The translations under genes and the position numbers were made by a program. From IMG/VR virus record IMGVR_UViG_3300013285_000001, positions 1-60,743 of that record: a DNA stretch of 60,743 bases; one strand, given 5' to 3'. Below the pieces are notes generated by a model. That model searched no databases, was not told the origin of the DNA, and saw only the letters and a program-made list of their open reading frames with translations. Numbering within the stretch: the first letter of the stretch is position 1; the number at the start of each line of letters is the position of its first letter. Shown piece by piece: positions 36,705 to 45,677 of this stretch. This stretch comes from a virus. Its lineage: Duplodnaviria; Caudoviricetes.

Positions 36705-36959
36705 TCATCCATGAGCGACCTCTTCATACTCTTGTTCAGCGGCGCTGATTTCATTGAGATACTCGTCGAGTTCATCTGCATCCATGTGGGCATAGCCAAC
36801 GAATCCGTTGGTTAGCAGGTCACGAACGAGATCAGTCAGGTCGAAGGTAGAGTTGATGACGTTTTCAACAACGATGCTGACCAGCTCGGCTTCCGAGGGC
36901 TCGGGAGCTTCGAGGTAGTCCTGCCCGAAGTTGATCCGGGGGGTGATGCTCAGAGTCAT
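36705..36959 (-). CDS. Hypothetical acidic protein
   Basis: LTNGFVGYAHMDADEL motif. Confidence 0.6.
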   Translation of the reverse strand: MTLSITPRINFGQDYLEAPEPSEAELVSIVVENVINSTFDLTDLVRDLLTNGFVGYAHMDADELDEYLNEISAAEQEYEEVAHG

Positions 36960-37207
36960 TTGAGGGTTCCCCTCTGGATCTGGTCAGCGATGTCTTGTCC
37001 GCCGATCTTTCCGATCCATCCTTCACCCGTCCAGCCGTACGCGGAGAACTTGATGGACAGCTCGTTCTCGCCCCAGGTGATCGTCAAGCTGACGGAGCTT
37101 GTGCTGAGTGCTCGTTTAACGAGCGCCATGATCTGGGGACGTGATGGCTTGCGGGCGAAGTCCATCACCATGCCGAGTCCCTTGGCTGCGTTCATGGCGG
37201 TGCTCAT
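36956..37207 (-). CDS. Hypothetical protein
   Basis: RKPSRPQIM...WGEN...WTGEGWIGKIGGQDIA; coupled start. Confidence 0.6.
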   Translation of the reverse strand: MSTAMNAAKGLGMVMDFARKPSRPQIMALVKRALSTSSVSLTITWGENELSIKFSAYGWTGEGWIGKIGGQDIADQIQRGTLK

Positions 37208-38040
37208 ACGTACCCCGTCATCTTGGCGAGTATTTCGTCCGCGTCGTCGGCCATCTGCTTGCGCAGCTCGGGGTTGTGCTTCAGAGCTTTTGCCGAGGAC
37301 GGGAGCATGTCCTCCATGTCTTTGCACAGCTCATCGATGAGCGGGTCGTCGGTGATGTTGAGACCGGGGAGACATTCAATGAGCTCCCTGGCGTTGGTCA
37401 CCATCGTGTCGAAGATGCGTGGGTCTTCGATCTTCATGGTGGTGGCGATGCGGGACACGACTTCCTGGACCCTTTTGTAGACGTCTTGCACAGCGCCTTT
37501 GAGTCGTTCATTGTTCTCGGCCGCGATGGAGGCACGGATCTCGTTGGCGGTGTCGTTGTTGACGTCGACCCGGAAGTCAGCCTCGTTCGGGATGTGCCGC
37601 ATGGAGATCTTGACGTCGAACAAGTTGGGCAGGTTAGCCGGGAGGGGGTAGTCGCCGGCGTCGAACAAGGTGCCCAGGCGCGACGGCGCATCCGCCAGGA
37701 GTTGTGGGTATTCCTTGTAGAAGACTCGGCACACGGTGGCGTCGGTGTTCTTCAAGTCGCGCATGCCGTCTTGGAACTTTTGGAGCAACTTCGCAGGGAG
37801 AAGTCGATCTCCAGCGTCGTCCCACGGCATGGTCAACTTGTAGTGGAGCGCGCGGATGGCTGCACCGCTGGACTTGAGCGGCTTCATGGGTTCTTTGGGA
37901 ACCAATGATTTGGTGTACCGCCCTGCGTCCTTGGCGTTGTGGATCTGATCGATCTCGTCAGCGACTCGTTTATCGGACTTCGTAGCTCCCCACCGATTAA
38001 CGGTGACTCGTGTGAGCATGGCTTTGGTCTGGAGGCTCAT
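37204..38040 (-). CDS. DUF3150-like protein
   Basis: TMPWDDAGDRLLP, LGTLFDAGDYP, LPGLNITDDP. Confidence 0.7.
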   Translation of the reverse strand: MSLQTKAMLTRVTVNRWGATKSDKRVADEIDQIHNAKDAGRYTKSLVPKEPMKPLKSSGAAIRALHYKLTMPWDDAGDRLLPAKLLQKFQDGMRDLKNTDATVCRVFYKEYPQLLADAPSRLGTLFDAGDYPLPANLPNLFDVKISMRHIPNEADFRVDVNNDTANEIRASIAAENNERLKGAVQDVYKRVQEVVSRIATTMKIEDPRIFDTMVTNARELIECLPGLNITDDPLIDELCKDMEDMLPSSAKALKHNPELRKQMADDADEILAKMTGYV

Positions 38041-38198
38041 GTGGGTTCCTTTGTTCCTTGCTTCCGGTTGAAGTACGCCAGCAGCCTGAACTTGCGCCAG
38101 GTTCGGGCAATATCAGTCGAGTACGACGGTGTGTACTTGGATGGTTTGTTCCCGGTGAGCGATCGCAATGGAGTTACTTGAGTTGCTGGTGTGCTCAT
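38037..38198 (-). CDS. 53-aa protein (not in the ORF track)
   Basis: MSTPATQ...YTPSYSTDIARTWRKF...; its stop overlaps the next ATG (ATGA). Confidence 0.6.
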   Translation of the reverse strand: MSTPATQVTPLRSLTGNKPSKYTPSYSTDIARTWRKFRLLAYFNRKQGTKEPT

Positions 38199-38203
38199 TG
38201 GGA

Positions 38204-38247
38204 GGGTTAGGGTTAGGGTTAGGGTTAGGGTTAGGGTTAGGGTTAGG
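38204..38247 (+). repeat. (GGGTTA)7 telomere-type tandem repeat
   Basis: Seven perfect GGGTTA units plus GG; intergenic. Confidence 0.95.
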
Positions 38248-38261
38248 CGCGAATCGTCGTT

Positions 38262-39257
38262 TCAAATCAGGATGTCCTGGTTAGCCAATCCCCAGTCCAT
38301 GTACGACGGGCATTGATAAATGGCTTCGTCTTTCGTTGTGGCACCGCGAACGAATACAACCTGGATTTCACGTGGCAGCCTGGCTACGTACCTCATGATT
38401 CGGTCGAAGTTCGAGGTGGTGGTTTTGTCGTCCACCAGGGTGGTCACGACTGCGTGCATCACGGCCTGGGAACCAGGGAGCTTTGCTTCGTCGGGATTGA
38501 GCAGGATGGAGTCAATATCCGGCATCGACGCAATGTCGCGGCAATACCCGACGAATTTGGCAGCGTGGCCTTCTCCAATGACGCCTTTGAGGATCTCAAA
38601 GGTCTCGGTAGGCGAGTACCCGTCGTTGTAGATGGTGTTAACCATGTACCAAGAACGAGGGGTCGGGAAATTCCGGGGATTGATGGCGGAATCAAAGTCG
38701 TGCAGGGATGCAGGTTGAAACCTGATGTAGCTGCGAATGTTTCTGTGGATTCCGTCCTTTTGTGCCTGGCGAGCCCAGTCGTCCGCGTCGATTTCAAAAT
38801 CCAGGTGGATGAACCTGTTATTCAAAGGCGCTGGCATGGAGTGCGTCACTCCACGGTCGCCGACGTTGTTGCCCGCAGCGACGATGGCCCAGTGATCGGG
38901 CAGCTTGTAGGAGCCGATAGCACGATCAAGGATCAACTGGTACGCACCGGATGCCACGGCGGGAAGGGCTGCGTTGCACTCATCCAGGAACAAGATGCCA
39001 GGTGGGTCAGTCTCTTTGGGCAAGAAGTCCGCAGGCAACCAGTGCATCTTTCCGGCCTTGAGGTCGGGGCACGGAAAGCCGCGAAGATCGATCGAGTCGA
39101 GTTGACTCAGCCGGACATCGTTGAGCTTCAGTGATAGTTCATTCGCAACTTGTTTGACGACCGTGGACTTGCCGACGCCGGATTTGCCCCACAGGAACAC
39201 AGACGTTTTCGATGCCATCAGCTTGGGCAGCACTTTGGCGATGGTGGAGGGTTTCAT
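38262..39257 (-). CDS. MoxR-like AAA+ ATPase
   Basis: GKSGVGKS, DLRGFP, LFLDE, AAGN, PLNNRF, PTPRSW. Confidence 0.9.
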   Translation of the reverse strand: MKPSTIAKVLPKLMASKTSVFLWGKSGVGKSTVVKQVANELSLKLNDVRLSQLDSIDLRGFPCPDLKAGKMHWLPADFLPKETDPPGILFLDECNAALPAVASGAYQLILDRAIGSYKLPDHWAIVAAGNNVGDRGVTHSMPAPLNNRFIHLDFEIDADDWARQAQKDGIHRNIRSYIRFQPASLHDFDSAINPRNFPTPRSWYMVNTIYNDGYSPTETFEILKGVIGEGHAAKFVGYCRDIASMPDIDSILLNPDEAKLPGSQAVMHAVVTTLVDDKTTTSNFDRIMRYVARLPREIQVVFVRGATTKDEAIYQCPSYMDWGLANQDILI

Positions 39258-39324
39258 GGGTGGATCTCATTCGGTCTAAGTTAGATGGAAGAACTCAGGG
39301 CGTGGGTGTGCCCTGAGTAAGTGT

Positions 39325-39531
39325 TTAGTAGGCTTCGAACCCGAAGCTCTTGACGTTGCTGGGTTTGTGCTTGGCCGTAGCCTTGTTCATGATCAACACG
39401 TCTGTGCGACTCAAGTTGCCCCAAACAATGCGCTCCATGTCCAAGGTGTCGACCCAGAACACGTACCTGGGCTCGAACCTTCGGGGGTTTGGGGTGGAGT
39501 TGGGGGTGGGATCGGGTTCGGGATCAACCAA
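39325..39531 (-). CDS. Hypothetical protein (start uncertain)
   Basis: RYVFWVDT...IVWGNLS. Confidence 0.4.
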   Translation of the reverse strand: MVDPEPDPTPNSTPNPRRFEPRYVFWVDTLDMERIVWGNLSRTDVLIMNKATAKHKPSNVKSFGFEAY

Positions 39532-39958
39532 CTTGCTGCGGCTTGTGATCTGCGACGAAGTCGAAGAACGTCCGGTCGTCCATGTTGTCGAGCGTGTCAT
39601 GGAGCACGCGTGACGTGTTTGCATGGAGTTCATCGAGCCCCATCGACGCCACTTCGCCGGCAACGTACGAGTCTTGGCAGTAGTCGCGGAGTTGCTGCGG
39701 GTCCATGCGGGTGACTTTTTCTTCTTTTTCTTCTTCTTCTTCTTCTTCTTCTTCTTTCCGATCCGAGATGTGGGTCGGCATGTTCTCGAGGTGCAGCAGC
39801 AGCAGCGAGTACGCGTCGATGTTTGGCCAGCCGCTCTCGGCGTGACGGTAGACGTGAGCGAGCTTCTCGAATTCGACCAACCAGCCGTTGGGGGTGGCTG
39901 GGTCCGAGGCGATGAAGTCGATTTCGATCGATGATGAAGTGGGCAGTGGCGCGTTCAT
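39524..39958 (-). CDS. Hypothetical protein with poly-Glu tract
   Basis: SD AGGA; (GAA)n run near 39720-39755. Confidence 0.6.
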   Translation of the reverse strand: MNAPLPTSSSIEIDFIASDPATPNGWLVEFEKLAHVYRHAESGWPNIDAYSLLLLHLENMPTHISDRKEEEEEEEEEKEEKVTRMDPQQLRDYCQDSYVAGEVASMGLDELHANTSRVLHDTLDNMDDRTFFDFVADHKPQQVG

Positions 39959-40140
39959 GGTGGTTCCTGGGGTTGGGAAGGGTTGGGAAGGGTAGGGATG
40001 GGTGGGGCGGGAAAGTAGATTCCTCGCCGCCCCGTTCGAGGTTGAAAGGGGGCCGCAGCTTAAAGAATTTCAGCTGGAACTGCGGCCGGGCATCCAGTTC
40101 GCATCTACTGGGTTAGTGGGACGCCCCGTTAGGCACCAGC

Positions 40141-40425
40141 CTATGTTTGGGGGGAGATCTTCTCGAGCTCAACCAACCACTGCAGGTACACAGCAGCCTT
40201 GGCGTAGTCTTCGAGCCCGTTTTCGTTTTTGAACTGGGCTCGGGACATGTACTTGATGATGTTTCCGAGGTAGTAGCCACGCAGGGCTTCTCCTGACAAC
40301 TTGGCGCGGATGAAGTCGATGGTCTCGATGCCACCATGCGTGTAATGGTTGGGGGCGAGGACTGGGTTGTCTATGCGCGGGAAAGCGTTGGGGTCTGGGC
40401 GAGGGCGGTGGCCAGGTACGTTCAT
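40141..40425 (-). CDS. DUF3310 (SaV/T7 gp1.7-like) protein
   Basis: PNHYTHGGIETIDFI...GNIIKYMSRA..KN.NGLEDYAKA. Confidence 0.85.
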   Translation of the reverse strand: MNVPGHRPRPDPNAFPRIDNPVLAPNHYTHGGIETIDFIRAKLSGEALRGYYLGNIIKYMSRAQFKNENGLEDYAKAAVYLQWLVELEKISPQT

Positions 40426-40485
40426 CGCAGTTTCATCCTCTGAATCAACAACGTGTACTCAAGCTGAGCCAGGGGGACCAGGTCT

Positions 40486-40692
40486 TCAAGCGTGAGCAGG
40501 TACGCACGCAGGCGTTCCATGCGCAGATCCATTGCTGTCTTTTGGGCTTTGTAGATCATTGGGGTGGGGGTGGGGCTTGGAGGTTGTTTCATACGTGGTG
40601 AACCTGTGTAAGTTGGCGCATTCCCTGTGCCGTGTTGTGCCTTGCCTCGTCGCCAGTACGCGCGTCCAGACTCCGCAGATAGGGCAGTTCAC
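40486..40692 (-). CDS. Zn-ribbon protein (NrdR-N/Ogr-like)
   Basis: CPICG..TRVLATR....RHRECANLHRFTTYE. Confidence 0.7.
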   Translation of the reverse strand: MNCPICGVWTRVLATRQGTTRHRECANLHRFTTYETTSKPHPHPNDLQSPKDSNGSAHGTPACVPAHA

Positions 40693-40898
40693 GCAGGGAC
40701 CAGGGCGGTGGCAGTGGCGGAGGCGGAGGCGGCGGTTTGGCAGCCCGCGCACGTCCAGAGCCGGGTACGTCGGTCAGTCTTGCCTCCGAGGTCAGCCCGT
40801 GGCTTCGAGCATCCCCAGCACATCCTGTTGCGGGGGTAGCCTGGGCCGGCAGCTGGCTGGACCATGCTCACGTCGAGCGGGTGGGTCTGCTTGATCAT
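40689..40898 (-). CDS. Small Zn-finger protein
   Basis: CWGC...WTCAGC. Confidence 0.55.
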   Translation of the reverse strand: MIKQTHPLDVSMVQPAAGPGYPRNRMCWGCSKPRADLGGKTDRRTRLWTCAGCQTAASASATATALVPA

Positions 40899-41050
40899 TG
40901 GGTCAACACCCACACGATGCACATGGCCGATATGACGCCGAGCACGATGCACACGACGAAGGGGAGCACCTGGCTGTTCAGCTCGTCGTTGGGGGTTTGG
41001 CACGCTTCGGGGGTGATGCACTTTCCGGCGCACGTGGTGCAGTAAGTCAT
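40895..41050 (-). CDS. Small Cys-rich membrane protein (51 aa, not in the ORF track)
   Basis: MTYCTTCAGKCITPEAC followed by a TM segment; ATGA-coupled on both sides. Confidence 0.55.
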   Translation of the reverse strand: MTYCTTCAGKCITPEACQTPNDELNSQVLPFVVCIVLGVISAMCIVWVLTQ

Positions 41051-43416
41051 GGGGTCGTTTTGCTCATAGTCGGGAAGTGGGTGTCGGCGTAGGAGCCAAA
41101 CATCGCGTAGTCGGTGAACGTGGTTTTGATGCCCGCAACGGACTTGCTGTCCACGCGCACCTTGGAGGTGTGCATGCGGTGGTGCTTCAACAAGCTGGTG
41201 AACTTGTTCGGCGACTCTGGGATCTTGCCGACGAGGTACTCGAAGATGGCTCGAAGTTCGTCTCTAGAGATGTTGCACGCGCCGGATGTTCTGTCGGTGC
41301 GCAGCATCAGCGTCTTGAGAACGTGCTTGTAATCTTCAACGCGCGTCATGGATTGAACATTCGAGGTGTAGGTGGATGAGGACGGCAGCTGGTCGAGGAA
41401 GAACTCCATGTCCCCCTTCAGCAACGCTGAAGCCACTGTGTCTAATGATGACTCTGAGATAGATATTAGAGTAGAACGGTCAGCGTTGTCTAGTGGGGTT
41501 GCTACAGCGTGCTTGTCGACGGGGTAGCTGAGCAAGTAGTCGTGGAAGCTCTGCAGCTCGGAGTCGAGCGGTGCGAGCTCAGCGTCGGTCATGCCCAGCT
41601 TGGCGGGCTGGTATTTGCCTACGTTGAAGCGACGATCTTCCTTGGGGATCGCCACCGGGTCGGGCATGTTGGAGTTGAAGATCCAGTTGGTGTAGTTCGC
41701 GTACTCCATCGCGGACGAGTACATGTCGCGCACGGTGATCGTGGGCTCGGTGATGAAGTTCCTGAGCTTGGCCATCACCCCCTTCTCGTTCTCAAGGGCT
41801 TTGGTCTGGACTTCGTCCACAAACACCAAGAAGCAGTTCTTCATGAATCCGTTGTAGGGCTCGTTGAACTCCTCCATCCGGCGCGAGGTGGTCTGGGTTT
41901 TGCCGAAGATGGGGCGCAGGATGCGGTTCATCAGGATGCCTTTGCCGGTGCCCTCCGTCCCATGGAGTACCCATGCGGTGAGCGACCGGGTGCGTTCTTG
42001 GAGGATGAAGGCGACCCAGTTAATGAAATGTTCGGTCGCGTCGGCGTCGCTCCCAAGAGCGTGGTGGATGATCCGCAGGATGGTTGGTGGGCACTGAGCG
42101 ACTTTCTTGGACTTCGTTTTCATGTACTGCGTGAGCTGGAACGTGTTGATCGTGCGGTTGGCGACATCGACCCGGACGTTGTCGTGGGGGTCGAACGTGA
42201 GATCCCATTCAGGGATGAACGAGCCAAGCGCGATGCCGTTTTGCTCTGCGAAGTGACGGATCTGGGTTTCGTTGCGGGCCGGGAGGATGGACAGCTCGTC
42301 GTTGTGCTGCTCGTACGTCCCCCGGTAGTACGTGGATGTCTTCCTGTCCAGGAAGGCCAGGAACGTCACGCCACTTGATGAGGTACGCGTGGCCTGAGTA
42401 GTGAGTTGGTCCCAATACTCTGGGAGTAATTCTTTGGTGAGGTATATGGGCTCGCCTTTGAAGTTATGGATGAACTCGGGCTTGTCTTCAGGGTGGTAAT
42501 ACCCCCAAGAATCTCCGCCGTTTAGGTTGAAGTACACATATCCACGCTCGCACTTTATATCCGTGATGGTGCAGGTATCTGGCTTGGCCATGACTTCGAC
42601 GTTCTTTACTATCTTGTAGGTGAATTTCTTCTTTTCCAATCCATTCGCTTCGCGCAGCTCATTGAGGCGCTTATCGTTGAGTACCTTGTTGGTATCCATC
42701 GTGTTGATCTGGCTGGGCATCGTGAACGTGGCCAGGTCACGGAGCTCGAGCGAGATGCGGGGCTTACGCCCCATGGGCGAGGTCATGCCCTTGAAGGTCG
42801 GGGGAGCGATGTAGAGCAGTTTGTCGTTCTGGCAGGCTGAGATGTCCAGCGGCCACTTCAGGGTTGCACCTGTCTTGGCCAGGGAGATGGCATCATTTAG
42901 CAGCTGTACGGTGTGGTTAAGCTGCACAAGCCACTGTTTGACGAGCGGGGCGTGTATTGGGGCGCTCAGGAGCACAAAGATGTGCAGGCGTAGGTCGGTT
43001 GAGCCCTTGAGCGACTGGGAGGCTGACCACTGGAGGATGTGGGACACGTTACCCATGCCGAGCGTGTCGAGCAGGGTGTCAGGGGTGATGGTGGCTGTGA
43101 GCCCTGCGCCTATGCTGTAGGTGCTGGGAAGCCCGTCTATGTCGAGGCAGAGCCATTCGGTGGGTTCGGCAGGGTTGGTGGTCCCAGCACGGGACTCGTC
43201 AACCAGGGGCTTGGACAGCTGGCCCTTGAGCAGACAGTTGCCGAGGGATGCGTGGTGCGTGATGGCATTGAACAGCGAGGTGATGTCAGGGCAGTCTTCC
43301 TCGTAGCTCGTGACCGCATACACGTTGGGGTACGGGGCCGTGTCCAGGGTGCCACCCGGCAACATCTGGATGGTCTTGGTGAGGGGTACTGGAGCGTGAA
43401 GAAAGAAGGTTTTCAT
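41047..43416 (-). CDS. Primase-helicase (prim-pol-like N-terminus + DUF5906/SF3-like helicase)
   Basis: LDIDG and LHIF in the N-terminus; GTEGTGKG, FVDE, FNSN, EDRRF. Confidence 0.85.
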   Translation of the reverse strand: MKTFFLHAPVPLTKTIQMLPGGTLDTAPYPNVYAVTSYEEDCPDITSLFNAITHHASLGNCLLKGQLSKPLVDESRAGTTNPAEPTEWLCLDIDGLPSTYSIGAGLTATITPDTLLDTLGMGNVSHILQWSASQSLKGSTDLRLHIFVLLSAPIHAPLVKQWLVQLNHTVQLLNDAISLAKTGATLKWPLDISACQNDKLLYIAPPTFKGMTSPMGRKPRISLELRDLATFTMPSQINTMDTNKVLNDKRLNELREANGLEKKKFTYKIVKNVEVMAKPDTCTITDIKCERGYVYFNLNGGDSWGYYHPEDKPEFIHNFKGEPIYLTKELLPEYWDQLTTQATRTSSSGVTFLAFLDRKTSTYYRGTYEQHNDELSILPARNETQIRHFAEQNGIALGSFIPEWDLTFDPHDNVRVDVANRTINTFQLTQYMKTKSKKVAQCPPTILRIIHHALGSDADATEHFINWVAFILQERTRSLTAWVLHGTEGTGKGILMNRILRPIFGKTQTTSRRMEEFNEPYNGFMKNCFLVFVDEVQTKALENEKGVMAKLRNFITEPTITVRDMYSSAMEYANYTNWIFNSNMPDPVAIPKEDRRFNVGKYQPAKLGMTDAELAPLDSELQSFHDYLLSYPVDKHAVATPLDNADRSTLISISESSLDTVASALLKGDMEFFLDQLPSSSTYTSNVQSMTRVEDYKHVLKTLMLRTDRTSGACNISRDELRAIFEYLVGKIPESPNKFTSLLKHHRMHTSKVRVDSKSVAGIKTTFTDYAMFGSYADTHFPTMSKTTP

Positions 43417-43465
43417 GGGGGCGGAAGTGCCTCATTTTTAAGCACACGTACTGGGGTGCAGGCGT

Positions 43466-43692
43466 CCGATGTAAATCGATTACATCGGGGGTTTTACGAG
43501 AGTCGCTTTGTTCGGAATAAAGCACTGTTTTGGTGTGTTTTCGGAACAAACATCGGAACACAAATTTTTAGACCTTCCTCCTATGTACTTCTCTCTTCTT
43601 TCTCTCTCTTTTCTCTTAAAGTTCTAAAGTTCTAAAGTTAAAAGTAAAGTGGAAGGGAAAGAGGTAGAGAGGTAAAAAAGAGAAAGAGGGGT
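43466..43692. other. Putative replication origin
   Basis: Palindrome CCGATGTAA-N5-TTACATCGG, three TCGGAAYA repeats, (AAAGTTCT)2, AT-rich pyrimidine/purine tracts upstream of primase. Confidence 0.5.
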
Positions 43693-43731
43693 TTACAGTA
43701 GAGGTTAGTAAAACCACTCCCGAACGGACAC

Positions 43732-43908
43732 TCAACACTCAACTACGTGCGCTTCGTCGTTCGTGAGCTCTTGGCCAAGCAGTCGTGCCCATTCGAGCTT
43801 GGCCCTGATGACTGTGCGCTCAGCGTCGTTGCGGGTGAGGTACGTGAGCTCAACCCCCATGCTGTCGGTCCATGTGGTGCTGTTGAGCTTGTTGATGATC
43901 TTGAACAT
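43732..43908 (-). CDS. Hypothetical protein
   Basis: SD GGAGA; MFKIINK start. Confidence 0.6.
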   Translation of the reverse strand: MFKIINKLNSTTWTDSMGVELTYLTRNDAERTVIRAKLEWARLLGQELTNDEAHVVEC

Positions 43909-43925
43909 GGTCTTGATCTCCACAG

Positions 43926-43959
43926 AAAAATAAGGACGCAGCCCGTGGGGGCTGCGTCC
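43926..43959 (-). terminator. Intrinsic terminator
   Basis: GGACGCAGCCC stem followed by TTATTTTT on the minus strand. Confidence 0.75.
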
Positions 43960-43978
43960 GTCGAACATAGATCTTAGA

Positions 43979-45076
43979 TCACAAGTCGTTGGGCATGTCG
44001 ACGAGTTCGATGACGTTGCGGTCCTTGTCGTGGACCGGGCCGATGGTCACCTTCACCTTGGGTGGGATGGCAACGGTGTGCCCGTCGTGCTCTGCAGCCA
44101 GTTGGAGGTTGATGATTGCCTCCGCTTTGCGGTGGTGAGCCAGCTCTTTCTGAGCGTCCAGAGACTCTTTGATCGACTCGGCGTGGATGCCGAGCTTGAT
44201 GCGAGCGAAGTTCGCAGCAGCGATCGTTTCGGACGTCGAAGCGATTAGAGGCTCTACAGCGGCCTTGAGAGGCTCGCTAAGGGTCATGTACCGGGGATGG
44301 CTCGTTGCGAGCTCACAGGAGGCCACAAAGGCCTGAGTGAGCCTGATTGAGGTGTCGGCTTCGAACCTTGTACGGCTTCTCTTCATGATCGAGGCCCGAA
44401 ACTTCATCATGCGCTCCGGGGTGGCGTAGGAGGCCAGCAGCGAGAACTGGGTTTTCAAGCTGAGCTGGAAGAACTCGATTGGCTGGCCGTTGTCAGCGAC
44501 TTCGATGAAGTTGCACACCGTGTTGATGTGCTTGGCCCAGGCGGCACGCTGTCCGCCGAGCTCTCGGATGCTCAGCATGTCGTACTCGGGGCGCGTCATC
44601 AGCGGCTTGCCGGAGGCGATGTAGCTCTCCCACTCGTAGTCGAGCTTCCACTTGTCGACTGGCATGGGCTCGCCGGCCATGGTCACGGTGTCGGCCCAGA
44701 TGACTTGAGGCACCTTGGACTCGCCCAGCAGCGTGGCTGCGTAGTCGACGACCGTGTGCTTGTAGCTCAGCAGCTCGGTCAGGCCGTCGGTCATGGACGT
44801 GCGCTCGAAGCCAGCGTCACGGAAGGACGCTGCAGCCGCGTCCAGTGCCTCCAGGTGGCTCATGGCGTCGTTCCAGCTGTCAACCCCTTGGCTCTCCTTG
44901 CGCGAGTCGCTGGCGAGGCCGGCAGCGGTCATGCCGGCCAGGCGGGCGATGCGGAAGTTGAGGCCACCGAGGATGGAGTAGATGGCGGAGATGCCGGATT
45001 CGCCCGGGAGATGGAGCTTGACGAGGTCAAGCAGGTCAGGTGCAGGGATGCAGATAGGCTTTTGGTAGGTGGTCAT
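43979..45076 (-). CDS. Hypothetical early protein (365 aa)
   Basis: SD AAGGA; long ORF with phage-like codon usage; no recognised motif. Confidence 0.75.
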   Translation of the reverse strand: MTTYQKPICIPAPDLLDLVKLHLPGESGISAIYSILGGLNFRIARLAGMTAAGLASDSRKESQGVDSWNDAMSHLEALDAAAASFRDAGFERTSMTDGLTELLSYKHTVVDYAATLLGESKVPQVIWADTVTMAGEPMPVDKWKLDYEWESYIASGKPLMTRPEYDMLSIRELGGQRAAWAKHINTVCNFIEVADNGQPIEFFQLSLKTQFSLLASYATPERMMKFRASIMKRSRTRFEADTSIRLTQAFVASCELATSHPRYMTLSEPLKAAVEPLIASTSETIAAANFARIKLGIHAESIKESLDAQKELAHHRKAEAIINLQLAAEHDGHTVAIPPKVKVTIGPVHDKDRNVIELVDMPNDL

Positions 45077-45109
45077 GATATTCGTCCTTGAGTAAGTTTG
45101 TGTAGTTGA

Positions 45110-45319
45110 CTACAGAGCGTGGAGAATGATGTGGGTTGCCTTGGATTCATCACATCCGAGTAACCCCATCAGGTGTTCTACTTTGGCGTAGAACACTTCT
45201 TCTGGATTACCCCATTCGTTAGCGGCGCATTCGTATAGTATTTGTTGCGCTGTAGTTAGGTCGTCGATGGGTATAAAGTCTGTGGTTGGTTTGTGTTTGT
45301 GTTTGAGTTTGAGTTGCAT
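45110..45319 (-). CDS. Hypothetical protein
   Basis: 69-aa ORF in the early operon. Confidence 0.55.
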   Translation of the reverse strand: MQLKLKHKHKPTTDFIPIDDLTTAQQILYECAANEWGNPEEVFYAKVEHLMGLLGCDESKATHIILHAL

Positions 45320-45321
45320 GG

Positions 45322-45513
45322 TTAGTCCTCTGCCGTCATGCGCAGTTGCCTTGTTGTGATCATTTCGTCTGCAATCGCGTAAGCCAGGGTCGCTATCCGG
45401 CGTACTTGAGCGTCATCAACAAGGCGTGTTTCTGTGTTTTTGTTTGCGAGCAGCCCGTTCAGTGCAGCCAGTGCGAAGTGATCGCGGGCGATGAGTTTGT
45501 AGTCGTCATTCAT
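45322..45513 (-). CDS. Conserved small phage protein
   Basis: RDHFALAALNGLLAN...AYAIADEMI motif. Confidence 0.75.
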   Translation of the reverse strand: MNDDYKLIARDHFALAALNGLLANKNTETRLVDDAQVRRIATLAYAIADEMITTRQLRMTAED

Positions 45514-45621
45514 GTGGTTTCCTGTGTGTGAGTGTGGAAAGGTGGGGGCTGTGCTGACTTCCTCAGTCGTGCTTGCTCAGGGCAACTACAACTACAGTTG
45601 CTCGCTTGGCACAACCCCCGC

Positions 45622-45655
45622 AAAACAAAACAAAAAGACCCAGCTTGCTGGGTCT
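45622..45655 (-). terminator. Hairpin + T-tract (copy 1 of a repeated element)
   Basis: AGACCCAG-CAAG-CTGGGTCT followed by TTTTGTTTTGTTTT. Confidence 0.7.
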
Positions 45656-45677
45656 CATTGTGTAAGTATTGATGTAC

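Noticed and set aside
38204-38247. Eukaryotic contamination or a true telomere
   Set aside because: It is short, internal and flanked by contiguous, co-oriented phage genes; no protelomerase or telomerase seen
45500-45570. Hammerhead ribozyme (CTGAGGA...GAAA on the minus strand)
   Set aside because: No stem II between the core motifs
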